DNA of 63,564 nucleotides, counting the filler, from Octopus bimaculoides (taxonomy: Eukaryota), in assembly GCF_001194135.2 (NCBI RefSeq). It is 9 parts of 8 records of this genome, joined end to end, with 100 filler letters (N's around TTAATTAATTAA, not from the genome) between each part and the next. Parts side by side here need not be neighbours in the genome. Positions count along the whole stretch, not along the records: positions 39,633 to 53,099 come from NC_068985.1; positions 53,200 to 57,519 come from NC_069003.1; 7 more parts are not named here. The stretch is one strand, 5' to 3'. The notes beneath the pieces are model-generated. The model saw only the letters and a list, made by a program, of their open reading frames with translations. It made no database searches and had not been told where the DNA came from. Below are positions 40,199 through 53,719 of the stretch, one piece after another (position 1 is the stretch's first letter; each line of letters opens with the position of its first letter). The position numbers and the translations under genes were made by a program.

Positions 40199-40561
40199 NN
40201 NNNNNNNNNNNNNNNNNNNNNNNNNNNNNNNNNNNNNNNNNNNNNNNNNNNNNNNNNNNNNNNNNNNNNNNNNNNNNNNNNNNNNNNNNNNNNNNNNNNN
40301 NNNNNNNNNNNNNNNNNNNNNNNNNNNNNNNNNNNNNNNNNNNNNNNNNNNNNNNNNNNNNNNNNNNNNNNNNNNNNNNNNNNNNNNNNNNNNNNNNNNN
40401 NNNNNNNNNNNNNNNNNNNNNNNNNNNNNNNNNNNNNNNNNNNNNNNNNNNNNNNNNNNNNNNNNNNNNNNNNNNNNNNNNNNNNNNNNNNNNNNNNNNN
40501 NNNNNNNNNNNNNNNNNNNNNNNNNNNNNNNNNNNNNNNNNNNNNNNNNNNNNNNNNNNNN

Positions 40562-40613
<52 letters not shown>

Positions 40614-40709
40614 TGTGTCTTTGTGGCGTGTGTATGCGTGTGAAAGCGTATATACATATATATGTATATATGAGTATGTATGTACGCACAAACACACACA
40701 CACACACAT

Positions 40710-40760
<51 letters not shown>

Positions 40761-43567
40761 TACACACATACATATACATATATATATATATACACATACT
40801 ATACTATACTATACACATACAAATGTGTTTCTGCGAAATTTTCAGAGTGGTTTTTGGCATTTCTCTTGTTGGGTTTTACTTATTTTCTGAGATTAGGCTC
40901 AGCTTTCTGTTTAAGTTTCATCATTGTGCATGGGCAAAAAGTTGTCATATTTAAGAAAAGTGATAATAATATGAATCTATATATATAGAAGAGATCTGTA
41001 TTTCAATTGTGTTTGCATTTAAGGATAGATGAGAGTATAGTGGTATTATTTAACTACCAAACCCGTAGTTAGTTTACCGAGAAAAATATAAACGGGTCAT
41101 AACGAAATCCTTGGTGCAGGAATTTAAAATTTTGGAATGGAATCTGCCTTTTCTTGTCAGAGGAATTACTTTCAATGTGTGGCATGATAGCTATACTTGT
41201 ATAGGTACATGTAGAAATATTTTGGCAAAGGTTATCTTTGGTATAATTCTCTCCTAATGCTGTAATAAAATATTGTAAATAAAACAGGTATTCTGATAAT
41301 TAGATAAATGAAACAACTCGCTTATCATGAATATCACACGCATTCATACGCCTACACATACGTATAAAACCATAAATACACATATGCATGCATACACACA
41401 CACACACATCCGTATGTGTAAATTTAAATATAGGTGCATATACATACATACATACATATATATATAGAGAGAGAGAAAGATATATAGAAAGATAGATAGA
41501 TAAATAGATAGATAGATAGATAGATAGATANNNNNNNNNNTATATATACATATATATATATATATATATACATATATATATACATATATATATATGTATG
41601 CATATATGTGTGAACGCACGTAAATGTGTGTGTGTGTGTGTGTGTGTATCAAACAGTTGTAGAAAGCTGTACAGCGATATGCATAAACTCCGATGCTGTG
41701 TTTAAAGATACAGTGGATTTAATATCAGAGTATATGACACAAACCTTCTATCGCTATACTTTCAATTTACAAGACCCAATACAATGATTAAACCATCATA
41801 AAATTTCAACCGTATATTCTTGAATGTCCGGCGTATTAATAAAGAAAATGATGTAGAAACTGAAGTTCTGAATTAATATAGCCTCTTTGCAAGGTGAAGT
41901 ATGCAATATAAACATAAAGCTTTAGGACAAAGAATGAATTGCTCATTCTTATGGGTATCTCGAAATACAGGGTCTTTTCAAACTAGAAATACAATCCTAT
42001 GCAAATTATTTAAACAATCCAACAATAACTGCTTGCAATTGATGTTGATATTTAGTTCCAGCAAAGAAATTTGTTTGCTAATTGGAAACTATTAAAATGA
42101 AGGATTAAGATCGTGATTAAGATAGATTATCGGATAAAGACAGATGAACTTGCACATGTGGCAGTAGAGACATATCCGTGTACGGCCACCACTTTATCAG
42201 TTGTAAACTTTTTAGATGTCTCCATAGAATTCTACAAATGCTAGAATCGCCCTGGCGATTTCGTTGGTCGATTTCAGGATGATACAATCTTTGCTTAGAC
42301 TATATTTTCTATGATCATCATGATTAATAGATGAATAATTTTCGCCGTGAAAATGCTGCCGAGTAGTTCGATCATCTACCGAATGTCTGTTTTGGTATAG
42401 CAAGTCCCTATTGCCATATAAGATACCTGACGACATGCACACATATATTTAGCACTGTGTGCATATATCGATAAACAACTCTATGGCTTTATATAAAACG
42501 ATCAGGAACAAAATCTCTTAAAATTAAGTTAACATTTTCTAATTTGATGTATTGATGTAATTTTCACGCTGAATCTCATTGCCCAATTCACTTGTCGCAC
42601 GAAAATATTCAGAAGCAATTACAGAGGTTTAAAATTTGGTAAGTTGTACCGAGTCAGTTAACAGGATTTGGAAATTGTCATTTTGTGCGTGACTACAATC
42701 GTAAGACGACAAAGCAATAATGTAAACATTGCGACAAAGACAGGCGTTTCAAGCATTTATTAAGTGCAGAACGACCAAATGGGGTGTGACCAATACATAT
42801 TTTGGAGTTTTAAGCATTAAATACGCATTTAACCGCCCCCCTCCCCCCAAAAAAAGAACCGTGAGCAAGGCATTTTGTAGTTTTAACAGCAGAAAAAGAA
42901 AACAACAAAAAAAACCTCATAAATTCACATGTGGTCCTTACAAGACACTTCCCAACGCTTGGTTTGTTACCATGGAAACAAGCGTCTATGTGCCTGTGGC
43001 TCTCGATTGACTTACATTATACAAATTATGCAAATTTAAAAGCTATTAACCGATGGCGAAGACGAATTTCAATACGCCAAAATTGAAATCTATTGGAACA
43101 AAATTGAAGAAACGGAAAAGGACAGTCACAGAGAAAAGACCCCCAGGAACATATATTTAGGTTTGTCTTGACATCCTTTCGCAGTGTAATATGTAAAAAA
43201 TTGTGTCCATAATTAAAATTTAGACACATGATTTGCTACGACTCAAATTTAGATGCATATAACCGCTTTGAACATGTTTGTCCTTATTCTTAACCACGCA
43301 GTTGCCATCTGCTGAATAACTACACTACAATTCAATTAATCCTTGAAATTCTAATGCGAAGCGAACTTTTGGGTGTGCCGAGTTTAGTTAATTCAACCAT
43401 AGCAGCAACATATTTTTAAAAGTCAGTCTTTGAAAAACATACAAATATAAATAGAGAATATAGAATCTGATTTCATTATTTTATATAAACACATTCGTTC
43501 ATTACAAGATATAAGTGAACCCGATGTAAAACTTGGATAATATCCCATCATATTTTATGTGGAGAAT

Positions 43568-43611
<44 letters not shown>

Positions 43612-44167
43612 GAGTGAGAGAGCAGTGCATGTCATCAAAGTGACAGTGGGGTAAAATATACGAAGCCCATTATACCCATAATGACTACCCGTCAGATAAG
43701 AGTATACCAGACACATGCATCACAACCATAGGTGCGCGATATAGTGGTCTTATATCAAGATAAACAGCGCATGACCTCGCAGGTGGGGCCCAGTTAGAAT
43801 TTTCTTCAGGTCGAGTAGCCCATCCCGCTCAAAAGGTCCCTGAATAAGGTTTGTTTAAGGATGTTGAGCAAAACACCCATGTTTCCAAAGGTGAATTATC
43901 CAAACCCCAAAGAACACCTCTCAAAACATGGTTATGATGCTCCCCTACGACGTCTGCTCATGATCAGAGATGCACATATCGTCAGCCACCAAGGGACATG
44001 CTCAACTGGTTAAGGTCAAACAACTGACAAGTAAATCTGTGGAATTGAGCAGACTATTTGTTGTAGCCCATCTTTTATACCAAGACAAAACAATGTGCAT
44101 GATAGCACTTCCGCTCAATTCAGATAAGAAGCCATGAGAGCCACTGCCTGGTACTGCATCCGGGCAC
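43612..44167. mobile_element. About 555-bp non-coding interspersed repeat embedded in (AAT)n
   Basis: High-complexity block bounded by (ATT)n at 43568-43611 and an ATT/ATC run from 44168; a second partial copy lies at 44550-44745. Confidence 0.7.
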
Positions 44168-44188
44168 TTATTATTTTTATTATCATCA

Positions 44189-44238
<50 letters not shown>

Positions 44239-44392
44239 ATCATCATCATCATCATAGTCACCACACAGCATACAGCATACAGCATCGTGAGGATGTTGAT
44301 TAAAGATATTGTGTCTATCGGGGGGTTTGTAATGTTTTTCAAGTCACAAGGACTATTATTATTATCATTATTATTATTATTATTATTATTAT

Positions 44393-44545
44393 TAAGGCTG
44401 TGTAAGAATCGTTAGCACGCCGAGCGAAATGAAATGCCTAGCAAAATTCCGGCGTTCTTGGTGTTCTAAGTTAAAATTACGTGGAGGTCTGCTTTGTCTT
44501 TTATCCATTTCGTGTTCGATAGATTATGTACAGATGAGCACTGAT
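44393..44545 (+). mobile_element. Highly diverged SINE family B
   Basis: AGAATCGTTAGCACGCCGAGCGAAATG...GGAGGTC.GCTTTGTCTTTTATCC...GAGCACTG. Confidence 0.6.
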
Positions 44546-44549
44546 CTTC

Positions 44550-44745
44550 ATGGGGCCAGTGAAAATTTTCTTCAGGTCGACTATCTCACCCCACTCAAAA
44601 TGTCCCTGCATAAGGGTTGTTTAAGGATGATGAACGAAACACCCATGTATAAAGCGGTGAATTATTCAAACCTCAAATAATCCCTCTCAACACATGGCTC
44701 TGATGCTCCACCACTACGCCAGTGATAAGAGATACACACATCGCC
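44550..44745. mobile_element. Partial second copy of the 43612-44167 repeat
   Basis: AATTTTCTTCAGGTCGA...GTTGTTTAAGGATG...AAACACCCATGT...GGTGAATTAT...TGATGCTCC is colinear with about 43785-43985. Confidence 0.85.
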
Positions 44746-45858
44746 ATATAGATCAAGAGATACATCCATGTGCCAGCAATTTCTCATGAAACATTTTCAA
44801 CAAATGCAAGCATGTGGGCAAATATCTTTTGGTAAACGGAAGGACTGAACAGCTTTCTCGCGGATTTTGGACATAACTTTTCTGTTCTTTCTTTTATTAC
44901 AAATTTTATTCACCCTTCCGAATTTTGCATCAATCTCCTCATTTTTTTTCTCGATATGTGTCACGTATCCACGTACTGATTTTTAAAAAAAGAATAGGCC
45001 ATGTGCTCAAAGAATGCACATTGTTTGGATACACAGGGCCTGTTATAAAACGTGCCTAGACACGTGTCTCGAAAGCAAGAAACTTTTAGCGGCCCGTATC
45101 TTTATACTATGTACATTATGATGCATTAGAAGTTATATATAGATGTATATTTTATGGGAAACGTTAATATTGCTTAAAATATGCTCGAAAATTTCTCAGT
45201 AGTAAATTGCTAAAGGACGTCTTTATATTGATAAATGATCCCTGTGCTGGTGGGTTTCACTAAGTACAACACTGAATCAACACTAGGTAAAGAAGATATA
45301 TTGATTTTTACATAAACAGTACCGTGTAGTTTCAACATTTCCTTATCTTGGTTTTCTTATCTCTTCCAATATAGATTTGTTTGCCGGATGGTTTATAGGG
45401 GAAGTGAAGAAAAGATATATTGTTGCGTGAAGTATGTTAGGTTATATGCCTGTATTTTACGTAATACTCTTAGATTACCGATAATAGATGTTTTTACAGA
45501 TAAATGATTGCGAAGTCATTTTCTAAGGAAGATTGTGAAATCAAAGATTTTTCGAGAGTTGAATTAATTTGTGAGCACAGACACACGAACGCTTACATAC
45601 GTAAATACATACATACAAATATGCAAACATGGATACGCACGAATATACATCAATACATAGCAACGCACAAAAATACGTTTGAGTTTAGTATGTGCTTCGA
45701 TATGTATAGTGTATGCGAGCGTGTGTTTGTATGTCTCTGTAAGTGTGTTGGTGTAATTATACTGTGGATAACAGCTATCAGACTGTAACCTGTTTTGTCT
45801 AATGTCTCACAAGGTGTAAACCTGCCGTGTGTTGAGAAATTCAATGTAATTTCATTTA

Positions 45859-45905
<47 letters not shown>

Positions 45906-46825
45906 TCAGCAACACATACACACATATTTACATTCACATATATGTGCGTGCCTTTTTATTTGTTTCTATGCATGCGTGTGTGCTTGAATGTAAGTATGTA
46001 TGATTTTCTTTGAGTTCTTAAGAAAGTTCAAGCTAACAAAAGGATAAGATATCTTGAGCTAAGAAACCTAGATGGTCATACTTATTATTAGATCATAGTA
46101 ATGCAAACATGACTATATCTGGAACCCTCAACGTATACCAGCTTATAGTGATAGACAAAAACAATTGTAGTGATTAAGTCCTGTTCGCTCCATTACATGT
46201 ATATATATATATATATGTCATCCGATAATCACTCCGGAAAGGAATATTCGGATAGAATGGGGCTTGCTAAAACTAGGCCGAAACAGCTGTAAGATTAAAC
46301 TTCTGTTCATCCTCTAATTCCTTATGTACTTTGTGCTTCTATATGTAAACCATGTTGGCAAAATAACATAGTCTGCCATGGACACCTGTGCTTTGGTTCT
46401 TTCTTTCTTTTTCTTTTCTTCCTTTTTTTGTCACTTTTGCTATGAATTAAATTAATGAATTCAACGGGATACACCGTCTGCAAGTAGTTGGGTTCAGCAT
46501 ATTATCCTCCATTTTCTAATTGTTACACAAATTTTGGGTAAAACCTCCACTTTTACCCGCTCCCATTGATAGCACCTANNNNNNNNNNNNNNNNNNNNNN
46601 NNNNNNNNNNNNNNNNNNNNNNNNNNNNNNNNNNNNNNNNNNNNNNNNNNNNNNNNNNNNNNNNNNNNNNNNNNNNNNNNNNNNNNNNNNNNNNNNNNNN
46701 NNNNNNNNNNNNNNNNNNNNNNNNNNNNNNNNNNNNNNNNNNNNNNNNNNNNNNNNNNNNNNNNNNNNNNNNNNNNNNNNNNNNNNNNNNNNNNNNNNNN
46801 NNNNNNNTATATACACACGAACCTA

Positions 46826-47044
46826 ATATTCTTTTCTTCTCTAGGCTGAAGGACCAAAATATTTTGGGAGGGCACCAGTCGATTAGCACGAACCCAGTAT
46901 GCACCTGATACTTAATTTATCGACCCGTAAAAGATGAAAGGCAAAGTCGACCTCGGCGGAATTCGAACTCAGAACATAAAGACAAACGAAATACCGCTGA
47001 GCATTTCACCCGGAGTGCTAAAGTTTCTGCCAGCTCTATGCCCT
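46826..47044 (-). mobile_element. SINE family B
   Basis: TTTATCGACCC...GATGAAAGGCAAAGTCGACCTCGGCGGAATTCGAACTCAGAAC...CTGCCAGCTC is the reverse complement of the family B head and body. Confidence 0.85.
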
Positions 47045-47327
47045 ATACGAACCCAATATTGTAATAGCTTGGGATTGAAGGGACCACAGGCTTTTTATTC
47101 TCTTCTACAGAACATCTGGGATCTGCGAGGTGAAGACATGGAAGCCTTCAAAAATGTCCAAGACGGGTTTATATTTGCAATACCGGATGAACCCACATCG
47201 CGGCAACAGGCACAAAGAAGAGTGGCAATGTCTAACACTTAACCAGAAGCAATACTAGAAAAAATCCCCGGATGCAATAAAGGCAGTGCACCAGCAAGGC
47301 CTTAGCCTCTGGCTGAAAACCATAAAA
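47045..47327 (+). mobile_element. 5'-truncated CR1/L2-group LINE: ORF2 C-terminus plus 3' UTR
   Basis: YCNSLGLKGPQAFYSLLQNIWDLRGEDMEAFKNVQDGFIFAIPDEPTSRQQAQRRVAMSNT* fits the GP.LFN.LP...FK..LD.FL..+PDEP end of CR1-like ORF2. Confidence 0.72.
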
Positions 47328-47828
47328 CATTATATNNNNNNNNNNATTTTATGTGCACACATTGTATAATTCTAAACAAAAGAAAAATGTATTTTATTAC
47401 AACACCGACAATAATAGCGAATATTAAATCATGGGTCATAGACACTGTATAAGATAAATGAGAAAACCAAAAGTATTATTTAAATACCAAAGCTGAAAAA
47501 CCATTTAAGAAAAAAGTAATATACATTTATTTTCCTTTATGTGAAAGAGTATATAATACTAAGTGTTAGACATCAAGGCGTAAGAAAAACATGTTGGACA
47601 TTAAAGTAGAAAACAATGGAAAGTACTTAGATAAAATATTATTTACGGCTAGAAGAAAAAAATTGTTAACATCATGTCAGCTAAAATAAATATAATGCCG
47701 AATAAAAAAAAATATTTTAAAGATATGTGAATGCAACTGGTGATGTGAAAATTAGATCTATAAGTGAGGAATGTTATGTGTTTGTGTGTTTGTATGCGTG
47801 TATATATCTATGTATGTGTGTATGTGCG

Positions 47829-47930
<102 letters not shown>

Positions 47931-48539
47931 GGTTCCCTTTTATATACAACTTCACAGCTAATAACTCACTTTTCATTTCCTTTTAATTTCAAGTCACTTA
48001 TAATAAATACGTAATTTGCCGATTTTGTTGCAAACTGAGATATAAATTGATCCATTCTTATATCGAATCCATCCTTGGTTTCCAAAAGTACATCTAAGGA
48101 TCTGCCTTTATTTCTTTTGGGAAAACCCTGATCAACATACAAACGCCCTGAAACAGGTTTCTACAAATTTCCACCGAGCCTTGCTATCTTCGATCGCATT
48201 GGGAACATGGGCGTACTCGTATACAAAATGTCCTTACTTTCACAGCTGGTTCTTTATTCTATAGAATATCTTTAGAGATAACTTAAAGGTGGCGGAATCG
48301 CCCTGTTCACGCAAAAACGTCATGCACAGTATTGGCTTTTAAACCTTGAATATACTTGGTAGTATATTGTGGTCGAGAAATGAAATAAGGTGTCCTTACA
48401 AGCAACTAATAAACGTTATCTTGAACTCTCAAATAGTCTTCAATGCTGAAATTCTATTGTACTATGTTGGCTTTACTCTTAAATAACCGTGCAATCCTTA
48501 AATATCGATAGCAGGTCGCTTCCATGAATATCATGCATC

Positions 48540-49130
48540 CAGGTGCGACAAATTCAGAACTCTCCTACCTAAACGTTTCCAACCACAAGGAAACAGTTTC
48601 ACGTTCTAGAATCGGTCATTCTTGAATCTTGGATCTTTTGCATCCAACCTACAGTAGATAACTCTTATACCCTTTCAAACTTTCTTTCATTTCCATTTTT
48701 GGTTCATCTGCTCAATCAGCAAATCAAGCATACTAATCAACTTTGAAAACCACTCCAGTCGCTTCCAATTATCTACTCACTCCTCCTTCAATCTGCTACG
48801 CCTCACCAGTTACAAGTAGAAATTCCATTGATAGATGTCAGTTTAGATCAATCTGGAACCTACTTTTCTATGTCATTCACCAGAGTTCAGATCACTGATG
48901 CATTTGATAGCACGTATTTTCTAGAATCTACCCAGTTTGACTTACGATGTCACACATCTCTCAGATATAAAGAACACCAATCAATGTACACTTTCTCTGT
49001 GTCTTCCAATGAGCTTCTTTCCTCCGACCCAATCAATGTCAGTTCTTGTAACTCGTATGTTTTCAAACACTGTCTACTGATCTTTAACGATCTACTTGTT
49101 GCCACCTCTGGCAACGACCACTCATAATCC
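48540..49130 (-). mobile_element. Possible heavily decayed CR1/L2-type reverse transcriptase
   Basis: Faint colinear traces on the minus strand (DWCSLYLRDV, VLSNASVI*TLVNDI); many stops. Confidence 0.3.
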
Positions 49131-50855
49131 CACGATGCCACTCTTTATTCTTATCTTGACTTTCTACACATATACATTATCGTGAATAAGTGATAGCTTG
49201 ACACACCTTCACTGAATGCGTAGACAGATAAAGTAGAATAAGGTATTCTCCAGTGGTGTCATGGCAATATAGTTTCTTACATTATAACTAATATCATGTC
49301 TGTCTGTAATTAAGTACTTAATGTCATATCTCATCATGTCGCCTATTTCTCAAGAAAAAAAAAAGAAAAAAAAATCATATTTAAATCTTGCAATATCGAC
49401 TGTCATGCCACGATCACAACTTGATACGATTACATTCTGCGACAGCATATAATAGTTAGGATCTGTGTCCTAATGTCAAAATATCCTCTTCAGATTCATA
49501 AACATTGCTTAACTGATCATCGGCTGACTTTGTCAATGCTCAAGTGAGAATATGTTCATTGGAATTTTCGATATATATCTCAAACGATACTGCTTGTAGA
49601 ACGCATTGAGAGCGGCCATCCATCCGATTGAGGGGCAACGCACTTTGATAGCTATCTCAGAGATCAGCCTTCCCTGTGCCGCACAATTCTTCGCTACATC
49701 AACGAGTTCTTCAGTTTTTAGCTGCCTAGTTTTTCACTGATTCCATCCAAATCTTCCATATGTTTTATTATTACAAATTCCAAGACCTCTTTCTTCTTCA
49801 GAACGATAATTCTTTCCGCACCCATATTTTCCTTCCGACCGCATATCACCGATGACAAAGGGGATTTAAAGCGTACATACGGTCGTATGAAACTTGTTGG
49901 GTTTAATGGACACTTAATCCTGCTGAGCAAACCATTAGAGCTATATCATAAATCTAGCAACGATAATTGTGAACTATGAAACAGAAATGATTTCAATTAG
50001 AAGAGAGATATTTGTACCACTCAGTAGACTACTCTAATAAGGAAATCCCATAATAACGAAGAGTCATATAAAATTAATTGTTCTCAACTAAAATATGTGT
50101 GACGCCAATTCGCAATCTGTAAATTGAAAACGAATATCTTATCTTATTAATCTCACAGCGTGACTTTCTCAAACAAAACGCTGAATCGACTCATCATTCA
50201 TAATTATAAAGGTGTGAGACAGATTGAAGAATACGGCTTGTGTTGGGCATAATATTTTGAAGGGTTTATACTACCAGTCATATGCGGAAAATATGGTCCT
50301 TACATTGCACATGGTACATTGCACATTTTTGAAATATGTAAGGCGCCTCATTAGCCATGGATATGTTTCAAATCGTAACAATATCGTTTACGTAGCAGAG
50401 GTTTCATTATTCGATGTATCCGTATTCCTTTAAAACAATTGTTCTGGAAATGCAAGGGTTTAGATGTAATGTCAAGGATACTCTGTAACTCGTGTACATG
50501 TGCAAGTAATTCATTTTTATTTTATTTTTTAAGCCATATCTGATATCAGAATAAACACATATCCATCAAACATATCGTATCAGTAACGAAATCATTTAGG
50601 AAGGTAAAGTCTGGTTTCTCGCCGCTGCTATATACGTGTTATCACTGTTAAACGTTATACTTAGACGCTGTCAGTCACACACAATCTTTCGCTCTCTCAC
50701 AAGCGCGCATATGCACTTATAACCTCAAAGAGTGGAATTTATTGTGTTAGCTTCTGTTCTTTAGTTACGACCGTTTCAACATTACATGATATATAGTATT
50801 AATGAATACAAATATTAACATCAATATTAATTTTAGAGCGTATTACATATAAACC

Positions 50856-50879
50856 ATGCGCCACAGTACAGAAGATGAG
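50856..50879 (+). other. Candidate first coding exon (MRHSTEDE, phase-0 donor)
   Basis: TAA-ACC-ATG context, 8 codons, then GAG|GTAAGT, a full-consensus donor; no homology support. Confidence 0.2.
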
Positions 50880-50979
50880 GTAAGTACTTGTATATAGTAG
50901 AGCACCGATTTAATATCAGGCTTGTATCTATATATGTATGTGCACATACATACATAGACACATACATACATAGATACGT

Positions 50980-51016
<37 letters not shown>

Positions 51017-53051
51017 AACGTACAAATATACATGCAAACAGACAGACGGATAGAAAGAGAGAGATAAATATGTACGTATGTAGATAATTCTAGATTTCAG
51101 CTTAACACTTGACAGTTCTAAAATGATAGCATGAATTTAACTTTATGTAATTTATAGAGACATATGTGACAGCGTGCGCATGTGTATCAGTGTATATTTG
51201 TTTTTATTCGTGCATGTAACATCAACAGAGTACACAACAGGAAGCTGTGTGAGTAAACACGACTAATGTAAAACATACCACACTATACTATCGCAACTAA
51301 AATTAGAAACAAATGCATTATGGCTTAGACAAAAATAATGAAATCACATATACGTTTTTGTGAGTGCAGTCTTGGTCACGTAGTTAAGATTGTAACTCCA
51401 CAGTCTTGTAGATATTCTTAACAGTGCTATGTATAAACAAGTGGTGAGTACTTAAGCCCTGTAGTTGACTAATATCTTGTATACCGCTGCTTTGTCTGCA
51501 ATGGTATTGTTTTATGATAACTTACATTATTTGATATATTCGAAGAAGAAGTATCAAAATAATTACGACAAACCTGAAATAAGTACTAGGATTTATATAA
51601 TCAATAATACTCATTCCAACTGTGACCTAGTGTCACAAATAAATAGCAAATTATTGTTATATATTCAGAAGTAAATCTAGATACACAACTCATATTATAT
51701 GCCTCGAGGCCGAAGTTTTTATATATATTTAAAAAATTAAATAATGTCAAGTATGCTTATAATTACTCGTGCAGTATATCGAACGCTACACGTGAATAAA
51801 ACACGCTAAGGTAATGAGAAGAAACACTCACGTACACCGATATACACATAATTTTCAGATCAAAGGCAAATAGTTGTCTAACACTGGCTTAAACATACCG
51901 TTCTAGAATCATGTAAATATACACACACACTCACATGCGGAATTTCACACAAATATACATATATCGATACATACATACTTATATAACTCTGCATATTCGC
52001 AAATTATTTGGTGCAAATTGATATACTTTGATATGTATATAAAAAAGTTACTATTGTGATATCATTCCGTAAGCAGTTAGTTTTAAGTATTCCTCAGGAA
52101 ATGAGGTCGAGGAATAAAAAAATAAAATTACTTTAAATCAATATTTAGCCTGAATTTCTTTTAATTTTATATACCACACAGCGGATAATGGTCATATAGA
52201 TCTTATAAAGGTTACCTGAAGAAAGTAAACATCTAAAGAGCTCTAATTATTCGAAATTAGCGAATAATTGTGGTTGCTTTGAAAAGATCAAACGTTTGTT
52301 TCGTAGTGTTAACATTTCCATACCGTATATGTATAATTCTATTTCTTATGTTGCAATGGATGGTTGCAAAAACTACCAAACTGAAAGAAAAATTATGTGT
52401 GCTTTATATCTAGCAAGTTTTGTGTTACGTTGGTGATTATGAATCATTTAGTGCGACATGGCAAAAACTGGCACATCACATAAGTGTTGTGATATTGAAA
52501 ATATGTTATAAACTGAAGGATTTTAGCACGTTTCGCATACCTAAATAACATATGTGACCATGCTTCTGCTGTCTTATTTGTCTCTAGTGTGTTGCTCTGT
52601 GTCAAAATTGATGAAGTATTCTGAAGAAGGAAAGCCTTGCAAAAAATATATGGTCTGATTTAAAGCAGGGAACTATGAATCGATATGTATCGTACTGTGG
52701 ATATGCAATTTCTATATTGTCGCATTCAAAACTGATGGCCCTCTGCCAATGTTGAAATGTCAAGTTAGTTTGTCGATATTCAAATGAAGTAGTCTCCGGT
52801 GTCTCCCTACGTAGACGAATATGTAAAATTCTCTGCAATTCTCTGCATTTTTAGGTTGAAACAGCTGTAAGACATTGTCCTTTCTTCGGTCACTAGAAAT
52901 CCTTTTTGATTTTTAATTTTTTATTGCTGATATGACATAATATGTCATACGTGTTTGTATATTGCTTCTATTGTCCTGTCCTCTTAGTTGAAACATAAAC
53001 AGGCAAAGTGACATAATGCAATCTCTGCAAGTTGATGAGTACCACATATTC

Positions 53052-53099
<48 letters not shown>

Positions 53100-53555
53100 N
53101 NNNNNNNNNNNNNNNNNNNNNNNNNNNNNNNNNNNNNNNNNNNTTAATTAATTAANNNNNNNNNNNNNNNNNNNNNNNNNNNNNNNNNNNNNNNNNNNNT
53201 ATATATATATATATATACTATGTGCATGCATGTGCGTGTGCGTGTTGTGTTCAATTACAATAAAAGCAATTTCACGTTAACTTGATGGGTCAATCTATAT
53301 TTTTGTAGACTAAAAATTTATTACACTTAGACAAGGATGTTATTTGAGAGTGGCTTCGAAGTTTCGGCCAGCTGAGCCATACATATATATGGGTATATAT
53401 GTATGTATGTATGCATATGTATGTTAGCATATACATGTGCATTTATATATATATATATATAAATGTGTGTGTATTTATCTATATTTATATGCAAATATAT
53501 TGATATATGTATAAACAATGTATCTATATACATGTGAATGCATGTATATATGTAC

Positions 53556-53612
<57 letters not shown>

Positions 53613-53719
53613 TGTGTATCTATCTTTTTATCCATCTATCTAGATTCATATGCATATATATATCGATGTATGTTGAAACAGCAATCGAAATGTGAGGATC
53701 GATGCAAAATACACAAAAA

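Noticed and set aside
43053-43160. 35-aa basic ORF MAKTNFNTPKLKSIGTKLKKRKRTVTEKRPPGTYI with an NLS-like run
   Set aside because: Lys/Arg richness is expected from A-rich DNA; no homology or splice support.
47090-47242. Strong-looking acceptor followed by a 43-codon open frame
   Set aside because: The frame is the C-terminus of a CR1-like ORF2, so it is LINE-derived rather than a host exon.
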